Source of the DNA: Myxococcota bacterium | GTDB taxonomy: Bacteria > Myxococcota_C > UBA6777 | Reading direction: 5' to 3' | Assembly: GCA_023150835.1 (NCBI GenBank) | Contig: JAKLKB010000046.1 | Location: 1 to 63,264, forward strand | DNA: 63,264 nucleotides | In this document: positions 19,135-29,058 of the stretch, piece by piece | Numbering within the stretch: the first letter of the stretch is position 1 | How the letters are laid out: every line of letters starts with the position of its first letter | Translations under genes and position numbers: made by a program | The notes under the pieces: model-generated | The model's input: only the letters and a program-made list of their open reading frames with translations | The model's database searches: none | Told to the model about the DNA's origin: nothing

Positions 19135-19785
19135 ATGGCCCGCAGAAAAGGCCGTTCATTTACCCAAACAGACGTCATCCAAGCCGCCCTCTCCTCCTTG
19201 CAGGAAGCAGGAGAAGAAGGACTCGGCGTCAAACACGTCGCACAAAAACTCGGCATCAAGCCACCTTCTCTATACAACCATGTCAACGGATGCCGAGATA
19301 TCCGACGCCTCGTTGCCATCGAAGGCTGGAGAGCCCTGTATTCGCAACTTCATCCTCACGAACACAACCCCTCCCCTCTTTTCCTCGCCTCTCGCATCCG
19401 AGACTTCGCCAAACAACACGCCCCCCTCTTTGCTGTCATGGGTACAACCCCCCTCTCTTCCGATGATCCTGACTACCATTCCCTCCACACTGCTCACCAG
19501 CACTTCTTCTCACGCTGGTTTCAACACCATCACCACTACACCTCCGAAGAAAGCGAACAGGCGGCCACACTCTTGCGCTCTTTTGTCCACGGATTTTGCT
19601 TAATGCAACACTTTGGGCACCATTCCGCCCATGACACCGCGTTTGACCACGCGCTCACCAAACTCTTCCCCACACACTCCTCTTCTCCACACACCCAGCG
19701 CCATCGCACTCCGCTTCCTTCGACGATGACACAGATCCAAGCCCACCACCCCTCTGACCCTCCCACCGAAGAGCCTCTCCGCTAA
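19135..19785 (+). CDS. TetR/AcrR-family transcriptional regulator
   Basis: HTH VIQAAL...GEEGLGVKHVAQKLGIKPPSLYNHV and C-terminal LRSFVHGF. GAGGAG precedes ATG 19135. Confidence 0.9.
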   Translation: MARRKGRSFTQTDVIQAALSSLQEAGEEGLGVKHVAQKLGIKPPSLYNHVNGCRDIRRLVAIEGWRALYSQLHPHEHNPSPLFLASRIRDFAKQHAPLFAVMGTTPLSSDDPDYHSLHTAHQHFFSRWFQHHHHYTSEESEQAATLLRSFVHGFCLMQHFGHHSAHDTAFDHALTKLFPTHSSSPHTQRHRTPLPSTMTQIQAHHPSDPPTEEPLR

Positions 19786-19945
19786 AAGACCGATATCGGC
19801 GGAGCAGCCGCCTCACGCAAAGACCGATATCGGCGGAGCAGCCGCCTCACGCAAAGACCGATATCGGCGGAGCAGCCGCCTCACGCAAAGACCGATATCG
19901 GCGGAGCAGCCTCACGCAAAGGCCGACATCGGAGGGCAAGCGACC
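19785..19945. repeat. 34-bp tandem repeat (~4.5 copies, no spacers) related to the 3' end of hemW
   Basis: Unit AAAGACCGATATCGGCGGAGCAGCCGCCTCACGC with period 34. The last, degenerate copy is the hemW stop and final codons. Confidence 0.92.
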
Positions 19946-21111
19946 TGCTTGGATAGATCAGGCAGTTTCTTCGATAAAAATTTCACGATCTCATCCAAGA
20001 TCTCGGCTCCACGAGGCGAAAGAGACCATCGCCTCGGCTCCAAAAACAAATAACCCGCCTGACACAAAGGCTCCAAAGCAGCCCCCAACAACTCCCCAAG
20101 ATCCAATCCGTAACGCTGCGTCAACAGCGACGGATCAAACCCTTCACGAATGCGTAGCCCACTCAACAACGCCTCCACCACGGCATCTTCGGCACTTCGG
20201 GCCTCCCAAGGTGCTTCTTCGGGATGGCTCAAGTATTTGGGCAGATTGCGCGGGTTGGCCCGCCGCCGCCCAAAGCTCGGACTGCCCAAGAAACCATGCG
20301 CCCCCGGACCCACGCCAAGATAATCGTAGCCCTGCCATGTGTGGAGGTTGTGCAAACAGATCTGCCCTTCTCGGCAAAAGTTAGAGATCTCATACCAGAT
20401 CATCCCCGATTCATCGAGGATATCTCGCGTCAAACGGTACATCTCAAAGCGTTGCTCGTCGTCTGGCAAACAAAGCTCTCCGCGCTGAACCGACCGTGTC
20501 ATCGGGGTTCCGGGTTCCAAGATCAACTCGTACAACGAAAGGTGATCGGGTCCCCAAGCCAACACAGACGACAGCTCCGCAGCCCAATCTTCTTGCGTCA
20601 AACCCGGGCGCCCCCAGATCAGATCAAGATTGATCCTCGTAAACCCCGCCTCTCGGGCGATATCGAAACAACGCCGCGCTCCTTGCACGTTATGATTGCG
20701 GCCCAACATCGCCAATGCCCGTGCATCGAGCGATTGGACTCCGATCGACAACCGATTTACCCCGAGCGCTCGATAAGCCAAGGCTTTTTCCAACGTCAGC
20801 GTCTCTGGATTGACCTCGACGGTGATCTCGATCGCCTCGTGCCATGGCAGAGAACCGCGCACGCGCTCCAAGATCGCCGCCATCTCTTCAGGCCGCAACA
20901 ACGACGGTGTCCCGCCACCAAAAAAGATCGTATGCAAAAGACGCCCCGCAAACAACGGAGCCATCGCATCGATCTCTGCATGAAGCGCACGCAAATAAGG
21001 CGAAAAACTACCTTCCCGCTCTCCCAGCGGCATCGTAAAAAAATCGCAATAATGACAACGTTGTAAGCAAAATGGGACATGAAGATAGAGCCCGAAAGGT
21101 AAAGAAGACAC
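19912..21111 (-). CDS. hemW: Radical SAM heme chaperone HemW (HemN-like)
   Basis: LYLHVPFCLQRCHYCDF (CxxxCxxC), FFGGGTPS, EITVEVNP, NRLSIGVQS, YEISNF, HNLHTW, YLGVGPGAHG. Confidence 0.92.
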   Translation of the reverse strand: MSSLPFGLYLHVPFCLQRCHYCDFFTMPLGEREGSFSPYLRALHAEIDAMAPLFAGRLLHTIFFGGGTPSLLRPEEMAAILERVRGSLPWHEAIEITVEVNPETLTLEKALAYRALGVNRLSIGVQSLDARALAMLGRNHNVQGARRCFDIAREAGFTRINLDLIWGRPGLTQEDWAAELSSVLAWGPDHLSLYELILEPGTPMTRSVQRGELCLPDDEQRFEMYRLTRDILDESGMIWYEISNFCREGQICLHNLHTWQGYDYLGVGPGAHGFLGSPSFGRRRANPRNLPKYLSHPEEAPWEARSAEDAVVEALLSGLRIREGFDPSLLTQRYGLDLGELLGAALEPLCQAGYLFLEPRRWSLSPRGAEILDEIVKFLSKKLPDLSKQVACPPMSAFA

Positions 21112-21112
21112 G

Positions 21113-23623
21113 TCAATTCCTTGCAGGACCTGTAAGCGGCCAAAGCGTGATCTGTGGATAACCTTGATGAAGAATTAACAAATGACGCGGATGTTGCAGG
21201 ATCTTGCATGGAGCCCCGCCCACATGAAAACGCTCCGCCTCTGCGCCGCGCTGAAGATCAATCAAACTCAGCGTCCCATCCCCGCAATTCGCAACCAGCA
21301 CTTGATTGCGAGAAAGTAGCGCCATATCCATCGGCATTTTTCCCACGGGGACTTGTACGATGCCCGACAAGTTGCTGCGATCCCAAAGAGAAAACATCGC
21401 TTCTTGGGCGTGCAAGACCGCAAGCCCCGAAGCTGTCGCCAAAAGCATCGTCCCCACTGAGGGCAACGTGCATTCCGCGATCGGTTGCCCCCCCGGGAAA
21501 CGATAGGACACAACTCGGAACCCCCCTTCCAAAAGGGCGTACAGTCGGTCCACTTGAACTTCTAAGGACGCGATCGGCTGGTGGCAATGAATGCGTTGCC
21601 AAGGTTGCGCCTCACTCCCCTCGTCGATACGCCACGAGGCGAGCGGCTCGGCACTCCACGCAGCCTCTGGCATCCCTCCCATCAGTGGGGCTTCTTCGGT
21701 CGTCGAAGGCAACGGCGTAGACGAAGAAGCCGGTGAATCCGCAAACAAAAACCCAGACATCTGTGTGGGTTCTTCGTCTTCCACGATCATCGGATAGCGT
21801 GCGGCTTCGGGGGGTGGGGCAGCCCCAAAGGGGGACGAAAAACTTGAGGCAGGAGCAGCGGGGCTGTTCGAAGGTTCCGCAAAGAAAGGCTTTTCTCCTT
21901 GGGAGTGGCCGAGCGGAGCCATCTGCGTGGGTTCTTCGTCTTCGACGATGGGAGGCGGATAAACGCGAGGGGAGGCTTGTGCTGCATCTTGCGGCAGAGA
22001 AAAAGCACTCGGCTGCCCAATACCCGCGCCTTGGGGAGAGCTACCTCCGAACCCTGTAGGAGGGCGTGGAGGCGGAGGGGTCGAAGAAGGACGTGGGATC
22101 GGCGTAAACATACCTTGAGAACCCGACGCAGGCGGCTGTTGTGGGATGAACGGAGATCCGTGCTGAACAGATTCACCCCGATAAATACCGATTCCCTCGA
22201 CTTGTTCGAGTGGAGAAGCCACCCGCCCGCTTTCTTGTCTTGCATTGCCTTCTTGACGAGGCAAGGGAAGTGTCCCCATCTGCCCGCTACTTGCTTGGCG
22301 AGCAGGTGGCTTGACACGCGGATGTTCACTGCTTTGCGAAGAGATGCGCGAGGGTTCGCTGCTTTGCAAAGGGATGTGCGGCTGCTCTGTGCTTGACGGG
22401 CGGATGCGTGGCTGTTCGCTGCTTTGCGAAGGCGTACGCGGCTGCGGCTCATCACTCGGGCGACGAATCGGCGGGTATTCGTTGCTTTGCGAACGGATCG
22501 GCGGATATTCGTTGCTTTGCGAACGGATCGGCGGATATTCGTTGCTTTGCGAACGGATACGCGGGTGCTCATCACTCGGGCGACGAATCGGCGGATATTC
22601 ATTGCTTTGCGAGCGAAGTGGGTGTTCTGTGTTGGAGGAACGGATGCGCGGCTGTTCGCTGCTTTGCGAGGAGAGACGTGGTGGCTCGCTGCTCGACGGG
22701 CGGATGCGCGGCTGTTCGCTGCTTTGCGAGGAGAGACGTAGTGGCTCGCTGCTCGACGGGCGGATGCGCGGCTGTTCGCTGCTTTGCGAAGAGAGACGTG
22801 GTGGCTCGCTGCTTGGGGGCGCGACGCGAACAGGGATGCCGGAACGGGCTTGTTCGTTGGAAGGGGCGGGCCGTTGGGCATCTTGGCGTGGCTTTTCTGG
22901 CGGAGGTTTGGGTTCAAAAGGAGAGGAGTTGCTTTGCGAAGAGGGCGGTGGCTTGGGCAAAGGCAAGGTTCCGGGTGAATGGCGAGGGTCTTGTGTTTCG
23001 GAGGGTTGTCCGCGTTCTTCAAGCAAACGCCCGAGTTCGCGCAAGCGTTTTTGGACCAGCGGGTAACGTTCGTTGAGTTGGAGGACTTGTTGGTAGATCT
23101 CGATGGCGCGTTCGATCTCGCCGCGTGATGCGGCTTGTTCGGCCTCACGCCCGAGACGCGCAGCAAGGATCAGATCAGCATGAGAAGGCCGTTGTTCCGA
23201 GCGACCTGTTGGAGAGATCTGTTCTTCGAGACGTGGGGTTTTTTCGGGGTCAAAGTGTTGGATCAAAGCCACGATATGCCGCGCCTCCATCCAGCGCCCG
23301 CGCTCTTGATGAAGAACGGGAGCGTCCTCGCGGATCAGATTTTTATCGAGCAAGATCCGCAAGTGTTCGATGCGATGGATAGGATAATTTTTCCCGAAAA
23401 GATGCAACACGGCAGCAGTTTCGCTGCCGTCGTGGGCCATCTTTTTGAGCAGCGTCTCCAATTCGGGGCGGATGCTCATCGGCTCAAGAGCAGGGTCCAA
23501 CATGTGCGCGGGCGGGCGCATAACCGAGCCACCCTCGTCGCTGTTTCGAAACGACGTGCCACATTGTTTGCAGACACGCGCATCATCAGAGTTGAGGGTT
23601 GAACAGGAAGGGCAACGGCGCAT
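21113..23623 (-). CDS. Zinc-ribbon / TPR / long Ser-Pro repeat / YVTN-like beta-propeller protein
   Basis: N-terminal CPSC...CKQCG; TPR-like AIEIYQQVLQLN; repeats SSQSSEQPRIRP and SQSNEYPPIR; C-terminal VPVGKMP...VANCGDGTLSLID. Confidence 0.82.
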   Translation of the reverse strand: MRRCPSCSTLNSDDARVCKQCGTSFRNSDEGGSVMRPPAHMLDPALEPMSIRPELETLLKKMAHDGSETAAVLHLFGKNYPIHRIEHLRILLDKNLIREDAPVLHQERGRWMEARHIVALIQHFDPEKTPRLEEQISPTGRSEQRPSHADLILAARLGREAEQAASRGEIERAIEIYQQVLQLNERYPLVQKRLRELGRLLEERGQPSETQDPRHSPGTLPLPKPPPSSQSNSSPFEPKPPPEKPRQDAQRPAPSNEQARSGIPVRVAPPSSEPPRLSSQSSEQPRIRPSSSEPLRLSSQSSEQPRIRPSSSEPPRLSSQSSEQPRIRSSNTEHPLRSQSNEYPPIRRPSDEHPRIRSQSNEYPPIRSQSNEYPPIRSQSNEYPPIRRPSDEPQPRTPSQSSEQPRIRPSSTEQPHIPLQSSEPSRISSQSSEHPRVKPPARQASSGQMGTLPLPRQEGNARQESGRVASPLEQVEGIGIYRGESVQHGSPFIPQQPPASGSQGMFTPIPRPSSTPPPPRPPTGFGGSSPQGAGIGQPSAFSLPQDAAQASPRVYPPPIVEDEEPTQMAPLGHSQGEKPFFAEPSNSPAAPASSFSSPFGAAPPPEAARYPMIVEDEEPTQMSGFLFADSPASSSTPLPSTTEEAPLMGGMPEAAWSAEPLASWRIDEGSEAQPWQRIHCHQPIASLEVQVDRLYALLEGGFRVVSYRFPGGQPIAECTLPSVGTMLLATASGLAVLHAQEAMFSLWDRSNLSGIVQVPVGKMPMDMALLSRNQVLVANCGDGTLSLIDLQRGAEAERFHVGGAPCKILQHPRHLLILHQGYPQITLWPLTGPARN
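22290..22815 (-). repeat. In-frame nested 30/60-bp repeats in the zinc-ribbon/TPR gene
   Basis: GCTTTGCGA recurs at roughly 30- and 60-bp spacing, encoding (S/R)SQS(S/N)E(Q/Y)P units. Confidence 0.85.
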
Positions 23624-23828
23624 ACCAGATCTCGCTTTGTCGTGAGAGAAATACCGAAGGGTTTACCGTGCGCACCCAAAGGCTTGCGGGGTAGGTGCGC
23701 TCCGCAAAGAGCAAGTTGTACCTTGACGCACAAAGGACATCACGTTTCTTTCGTTATCATCGAAGCGGCAAAAAAAGCAAGTTCCTCGCCGCGCCAATCC
23801 GGTCTCTGCTCAAAGAAAGGCTCCCCGC

Positions 23829-25856
23829 TTGACAACCTTGGAATCCACCCCGACCCATCACACCCTTCAACAAGCCTTTTTCTTTTTTGAACAAGCGCGC
23901 CTATGCAACCAAGAAAACACCGACACAACAACGCTTCAAGCCGTGCAGCATCGGTATCAGTCCATACGTCAATCTTTTCAACATTTCGCAGAATCTCTTT
24001 GCCGTAAACTTTCGGATATCCGAAGCGACTTACAGGTCTACGTGTCCTCTGCCCACGCGAACAAACTCCCCGAGTCTCTTTTTCTTTCGCTCACCCGCAA
24101 CCACCAAGAACCGACCGAAGACGCTCAACTCTATCTCTTGTTGCACGAAGAGGGTGCGGAGATCGGCTTTGGTTTTGGATTGCGTGGAAAACGCCGTACT
24201 GTCGGAAAGATCGAGCAGCGCTTTTTTGAGACACTTCAACGCTTCCATCGAAAAGCCGAGCGTTATCTGTATGCGCTGTTGCACCACGCTTATCGGCTTT
24301 GGCCCGCTCCTCAACAGTCCTCCCATGCCCCTTCGCTCTCCCTCGCGGAGTGGCAAAAGACGGGTGGGGTGGTGGTGCGCCTACTCAACCGCGAGGTTTT
24401 TTTGCGGGATCTGTCGGCTGCCGAGGGGTTGGTCTTACAAGTCTTTGGCGAACTCATCGGGCTGTACGGCTTTTTGGATCGCACCTATACAAACATCCCT
24501 TATATCCGACCGTTGGGTCATGGCCTGCTCGATGAACAAGACGCCTCGTTCGCAGACGACGATCTCACCGCACAGCAAGTCGCCCTCCATGATCTCGCTT
24601 TAGAATTTGTACACTATGCCGCCCAAGAAGGCTTTGCCCTGCCCGTGGAGATGGCTCGCACCTACATCCTGTCTTTGCAAACGAAGCCTTTTGTGATCTT
24701 GTCAGGTGTGGCAGGGACGGGAAAAAGTCAACTCGCGCAGCTTTTTGCGCGTTTTCTGACCGAAGATGCCGAAGCCTTCGAGAGCAATCCTCACGTCGCG
24801 CTACTGCCAGTACGCCCAGACTGGCTCGATCCACAAGCGCTGCTTGGATACGAAGACCGACTCACACACTCCTACTACGTCACACCTTTTTTACGGATGC
24901 TCTTGCGCGCCCAACACGACAAAGAAAATCCTTATTTCGTGATCCTTGATGAACTGAATCTTGCGCGTACAGAGTACTATCTCTCCGATATCCTCTCTCT
25001 GCTCGAAAGCCGACGCTACGGAGAAGATGGACAGATCCTTGAGCAAACGCCCCTTTTCTTACACAATCAAGCCGACCCTTATCCGATCGAAGATGCTCAC
25101 GCAGGGCTGCTTTCCATCCCGGGAACGCTACCTCTGCCCCAAAATCTTTATCTGATCGGCACCCTTAACCTCGACGAAACCACCCATCGATTAAGCCCCA
25201 AAGTGCTCGATCGCGCCCAGATGATCGAACTCGAACCCACCACGCCTTCTTTGTTTTTGCAATGGATCACCCAACGGCGTCCTGCTCCGCTGACCCGTTC
25301 CCCAAGCTGGATTGCTCGTTTGCGAGCGGCCTTTACAAGGGAGTCTCGCTACAGCGCCCCCATCCCTCCCTCCCAATGGCAGATCCCCCCTGAACTGCTG
25401 GCTCAACTCGCGGGGATGTTGGATACGCTGTTTGCCCTTTTTGGTCGGGCGGGTTTCGGGTTCGGGCTTCGTACGGTCCAAGAAGGGCTGCTCTTTGCCG
25501 AACACACCTGCCGCATGGTCGGCACAGACCACGTCCGCTTGGCTTGGATCGTCGAGCGGATCCTACTGCAAAAATTCTTGCCACGGCTTCACGGTCCCCG
25601 CTATCCCCTCGAAGACTTACTCGTACGGCTTTTGTTGCTTTGTTGGGAACACTGGACCGCCCCCACCGCCCGAGAGTGCTTGTTGCACCAAGAGATCGAA
25701 CCTGACGCACTTGCACAACACCAAGCCCACGCTCTCCAACGCGAACCGCTCAAAAGCCCATCACTTCCCGCACCCACGATGCCCGCTGCCGCACGCAAGA
25801 TCGCACGCATGATCCAAAAGCTACAGCAAGACGCCTACGTAGACTTTCATGCTTAA
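23829..25856 (+). CDS. McrB-like AAA+ NTPase (restriction-system type) with N-terminal putative DNA-recognition domain
   Basis: KPFVILSGVAGTGKS (Walker A), VRPDW, ILDELNLAR.EYY.SD.LS (Walker B), IGTLNLDETT..LSPKVLDRA, QKFLPRLHG. Confidence 0.88.
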   Translation: MTTLESTPTHHTLQQAFFFFEQARLCNQENTDTTTLQAVQHRYQSIRQSFQHFAESLCRKLSDIRSDLQVYVSSAHANKLPESLFLSLTRNHQEPTEDAQLYLLLHEEGAEIGFGFGLRGKRRTVGKIEQRFFETLQRFHRKAERYLYALLHHAYRLWPAPQQSSHAPSLSLAEWQKTGGVVVRLLNREVFLRDLSAAEGLVLQVFGELIGLYGFLDRTYTNIPYIRPLGHGLLDEQDASFADDDLTAQQVALHDLALEFVHYAAQEGFALPVEMARTYILSLQTKPFVILSGVAGTGKSQLAQLFARFLTEDAEAFESNPHVALLPVRPDWLDPQALLGYEDRLTHSYYVTPFLRMLLRAQHDKENPYFVILDELNLARTEYYLSDILSLLESRRYGEDGQILEQTPLFLHNQADPYPIEDAHAGLLSIPGTLPLPQNLYLIGTLNLDETTHRLSPKVLDRAQMIELEPTTPSLFLQWITQRRPAPLTRSPSWIARLRAAFTRESRYSAPIPPSQWQIPPELLAQLAGMLDTLFALFGRAGFGFGLRTVQEGLLFAEHTCRMVGTDHVRLAWIVERILLQKFLPRLHGPRYPLEDLLVRLLLLCWEHWTAPTARECLLHQEIEPDALAQHQAHALQREPLKSPSLPAPTMPAAARKIARMIQKLQQDAYVDFHA

Positions 25857-25861
25857 AGACT

Positions 25862-28693
25862 TTATGACTGACTTTTGTCTGACTTTTTCTCTTGGAGTCC
25901 ATCGATCGCATCATCCAGAAAGGACAACAATTCGTCGCTGCTTGGAAACGTCTCATGGAAAGACATCTTGTTGGCTCCAAAGCTGTCCAAAAGGCTACTT
26001 CCTCCCCAAGGATCGGCTTCCTCAGTCGGCTTGGAGAGAGCGGGTTCGTCGATCTTTTTGAGCGGCAAGGCGGCTTGATCTTTGGGGGGTGTGGAGTGGT
26101 TGTCTTTGTTTGCGCTGTTTTGTGCAGGAGTGCTCGTTGGAGCCACCGAGACCATCGGCTTTTGGGCAACAGCAGGTGCTTGTGAAGACAAAGACGGCGA
26201 TGGCAACGGCATCTTTTTGTTTTTGGGCGTGGTTTGGATCGCACTGGTTGGGACATCAAGCTCTCCGAAGAGGTCATCGAGCGCCGCAGGAACGGGTGTT
26301 TTTGGCGAAGACGATGACGGAGAGAACTTGGGTGCTGCAACCGTAGAATTCGATGCGATGGGGACTTGGTGTTGTGCAAGAGAGAGAGCTTCTTCGGCCT
26401 GTTTTTGGTGAGCGATCTCTTCGGATTCAGAAGCCATCAAGGGCTTCTCTGGTTGAGAAAGCACAACGGAAAGACGGGGAACTTTTTGCTTGGAGAGGGC
26501 TTGGTAGGTCGCCCACATCGCGTCTTTGTCGTGGATATCGGTCAAGGTTCCAGCCGCCCATTCTTTTTGAGCTTGGGGAGGGAGCGCAAGGGGCAAAGAG
26601 GCCTCGTCGATAGGGACTTCAAAGAGCGGCTTATCGGTGCTGTCTTTGGGCGGGACAGCAAACAGAGCGGCATCGGCATTTTCTGCTGGCACAGAAGTGT
26701 CTTTGGATGCATTGTGTTGAAAGGAAGGAAGATCAAAAAAGGAGGGGGTGATAAACGAAGTCGGTTCGATGCTCGCGATCAGCACCGAAGGTTCCGCCGT
26801 GAGCGGATAGGTCTCGTCTGCAAAAAGATCCTTTTCCTCTGTGTTTGCGAAAAAGTCACTGGGTTCATCCAATGCAGCCGCCTGATCAAGGACGCTTTGA
26901 TTTCGCCGCACAGCATCCTCGGGAGAAAGAACCTTTAATGCTCCGGCAGATCGGGTATCAGGGAACAATTCGTCGGATCTGCGAGGGGCTGCGTTGTTGG
27001 ATTTTGTGGACGTTGTGCCGAGAGCGGATGTTGTGCCGAGAGCGGATGTTGCGTCGAGAGCGGATGTTGCGTCGAGAGCGGATGTTGTATCGAGAGCGGA
27101 TGTTGTATCGAGAGCGGATGTTGCGTCGAGAGCGGATGTTGCGTCGAGAGCGGATGTTGCGGGTACGATGTTGTCCACTCCCTGCAAGGCCGTTGTATCG
27201 ACAGCGAGCATCTCCATCGAAGAGGAAGAGGGCGCAGAAGGCAGAGGATCAGCAAGATGCGCGAGATCAAAAGCATCGGCGAGAGCGTCGGAAAAGGCTT
27301 CGCGAGCGTGTTTTTGCGCATACCCCAGCGAAAGCTCGCCCGAAGGCTGCACGCTCTCATCAAGTTCAAAGGCTTCTTGTGAAACTTCGCCCGCTTGTAC
27401 TTGCTGGATCAAGCGCAGAGCATCTTCGACAACAGACAGATCAGGATCGATCAAAAGCAAAGCCGTGAGTTGCTCTTCGGCTTCTTTATAGCGTTGCTGC
27501 GCGATCAGAGACGTCGCGAATTGATGCGCACACAAAGCGAACTTGTGGTGGAGATCTGCGTTGGACGCCGAAGGTTCGGTGTTTTTGGATGCCTTCAAGA
27601 GATCTCCAAAGATCGACAACGCCTCACGAAATTCGCGTTTGGCAAACAGCGCCTCAGCAAGCGCACGCAACAACGGCGGAGCATCCGCCCGAATTGCTAG
27701 GGCTTGCCGCAACGGCAAGATCGCTCCTGTTGGATCGCCTGCTTCCATCCGATCCAACGCTTTTTCCAACAAAGGCAACTCGGGATGTGCGGAAAGATCT
27801 TGCTCGATGCGCTGGAACCATGCCGCGATCCAGTCGTGGTGTTGTAGACGCAAAACCCGCGCAAAAGCCCCACGAGCTCGAACAATTCGACGCGCAGCCA
27901 AAGCTGCTGTCCCCAAATGAACCCACGCATTCACCCAATAGGGGTTGGTACCCACAGCGCGATTTAAGTAGCGGATCGCGACTTCAGGGCGCCCTGCTTG
28001 AAAAAAAGCCAAGCCTGTATCGTGTTGCAACGGCGCGACGTGCATATATTCGTTGGCCATCGGCTCCAAACGGCGCACACGCACTTGGGGATCTTCGATC
28101 TGCGAGGCTTCTTCAAGGATACGGCCAACCTCCGCATGTTCCTTGATCTGCGCGACATCGCGCCGCGCATACAAAAGCGCCACTTGCCGCTCTGACAAAG
28201 AAGGATCCGCATCACGCAGCAGACGCAGCGCAACATCGGCCTCATCAAGCTGAAAGGACTGCAACGCCAGTTCGGCCCATCGTGCCGCCAAAAAGCCGCA
28301 CTTGGGATGGCGCTGACACAACTCACGCAAGCCTTTCAACCGATCGGGACCCGCCGAAGGAAGGCGCATCCACAGCGCATAAGCACGCGGAGTCAAGCTC
28401 TCGCTTTGCAAAGAAAGCGCAAGCAACAACAAGTCGTGATGGCGTCGCTGTTGTCGCTCAGACATCTGCTCATACAAATTCAAGGCACGCGCAACGTGAT
28501 CGCGCAACAACGCGATCTGAATGAAACCCACCATGACGCTTTCTGCGTTGGGTGTCACTTCGCCTGCTTTCACAAAAGCGGCTTCTGCTTCTTCGAGTTC
28601 CCCTCGTGACAACGCGTCTTGCCCAATCTCCACCCACGCCTGCATCCCGTGACGTGGTTGGAACCACTTCTTGATCACATCTAGTAAACCCAT
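25862..28693 (-). CDS. TPR-repeat protein with long low-complexity C-terminal half
   Basis: Multiple TPR-like helices (GELEEAEAAF, GRPEVAIRYLNRAV, AWVHLG). ATG 28693 chosen (MGLLDVIKKWF); the ORF extends to 28753. Confidence 0.82.
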   Translation of the reverse strand: MGLLDVIKKWFQPRHGMQAWVEIGQDALSRGELEEAEAAFVKAGEVTPNAESVMVGFIQIALLRDHVARALNLYEQMSERQQRRHHDLLLLALSLQSESLTPRAYALWMRLPSAGPDRLKGLRELCQRHPKCGFLAARWAELALQSFQLDEADVALRLLRDADPSLSERQVALLYARRDVAQIKEHAEVGRILEEASQIEDPQVRVRRLEPMANEYMHVAPLQHDTGLAFFQAGRPEVAIRYLNRAVGTNPYWVNAWVHLGTAALAARRIVRARGAFARVLRLQHHDWIAAWFQRIEQDLSAHPELPLLEKALDRMEAGDPTGAILPLRQALAIRADAPPLLRALAEALFAKREFREALSIFGDLLKASKNTEPSASNADLHHKFALCAHQFATSLIAQQRYKEAEEQLTALLLIDPDLSVVEDALRLIQQVQAGEVSQEAFELDESVQPSGELSLGYAQKHAREAFSDALADAFDLAHLADPLPSAPSSSSMEMLAVDTTALQGVDNIVPATSALDATSALDATSALDTTSALDTTSALDATSALDATSALGTTSALGTTSTKSNNAAPRRSDELFPDTRSAGALKVLSPEDAVRRNQSVLDQAAALDEPSDFFANTEEKDLFADETYPLTAEPSVLIASIEPTSFITPSFFDLPSFQHNASKDTSVPAENADAALFAVPPKDSTDKPLFEVPIDEASLPLALPPQAQKEWAAGTLTDIHDKDAMWATYQALSKQKVPRLSVVLSQPEKPLMASESEEIAHQKQAEEALSLAQHQVPIASNSTVAAPKFSPSSSSPKTPVPAALDDLFGELDVPTSAIQTTPKNKKMPLPSPSLSSQAPAVAQKPMVSVAPTSTPAQNSANKDNHSTPPKDQAALPLKKIDEPALSKPTEEADPWGGSSLLDSFGANKMSFHETFPSSDELLSFLDDAIDGLQEKKSDKSQS
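27012..27161 (-). repeat. In-frame 18-bp tandem repeat x8 ((A/T)TSAL(D/G))
   Basis: GAGAGCGGATGTTG at an 18-bp period from 27020 to 27146. Confidence 0.92.
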
Positions 28694-29058
28694 CGCGCCC
28701 TCGCTTCCGGCATCTTGGCGTATATCCTTGTTGCTTGTTGTCTCGGTTCCCACGCAAACCCCACTCTATAACACACCTCGCACAACTTTGACAGCCCAAG
28801 ACACAAACACACCACAAATCCCCCTCCCCACCGACTACACTTCCGCCCAATACCACCTCCTCCGTCGCCTCGCCCTTCCGACCACCACCTCCTTGATCAC
28901 GAAACGCAACTTCTTCTTTTCGCTTGCCGATATTCTTTGCGCCATACACAAGACCCCACACGCTCCTGCGATCTTTGCTCTTGATCTCGTTGGGGTCTCT
29001 CTTTTATACTCTCAAAAATCAAACGGTTCCCATCCACCCAAAGCCCAAGGAGGCGACC

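Noticed and set aside
18272-19603. 443-aa and 194-aa + strand ORFs across the PP2C-TetR gap
   Set aside because: They overlap two well-supported genes and have low-complexity, motif-free translations.
19785-19945. 34-bp palindromic repeat array resembling a CRISPR
   Set aside because: Units are directly adjacent with no unique spacers, they match the hemW 3' end, and no cas genes are present.
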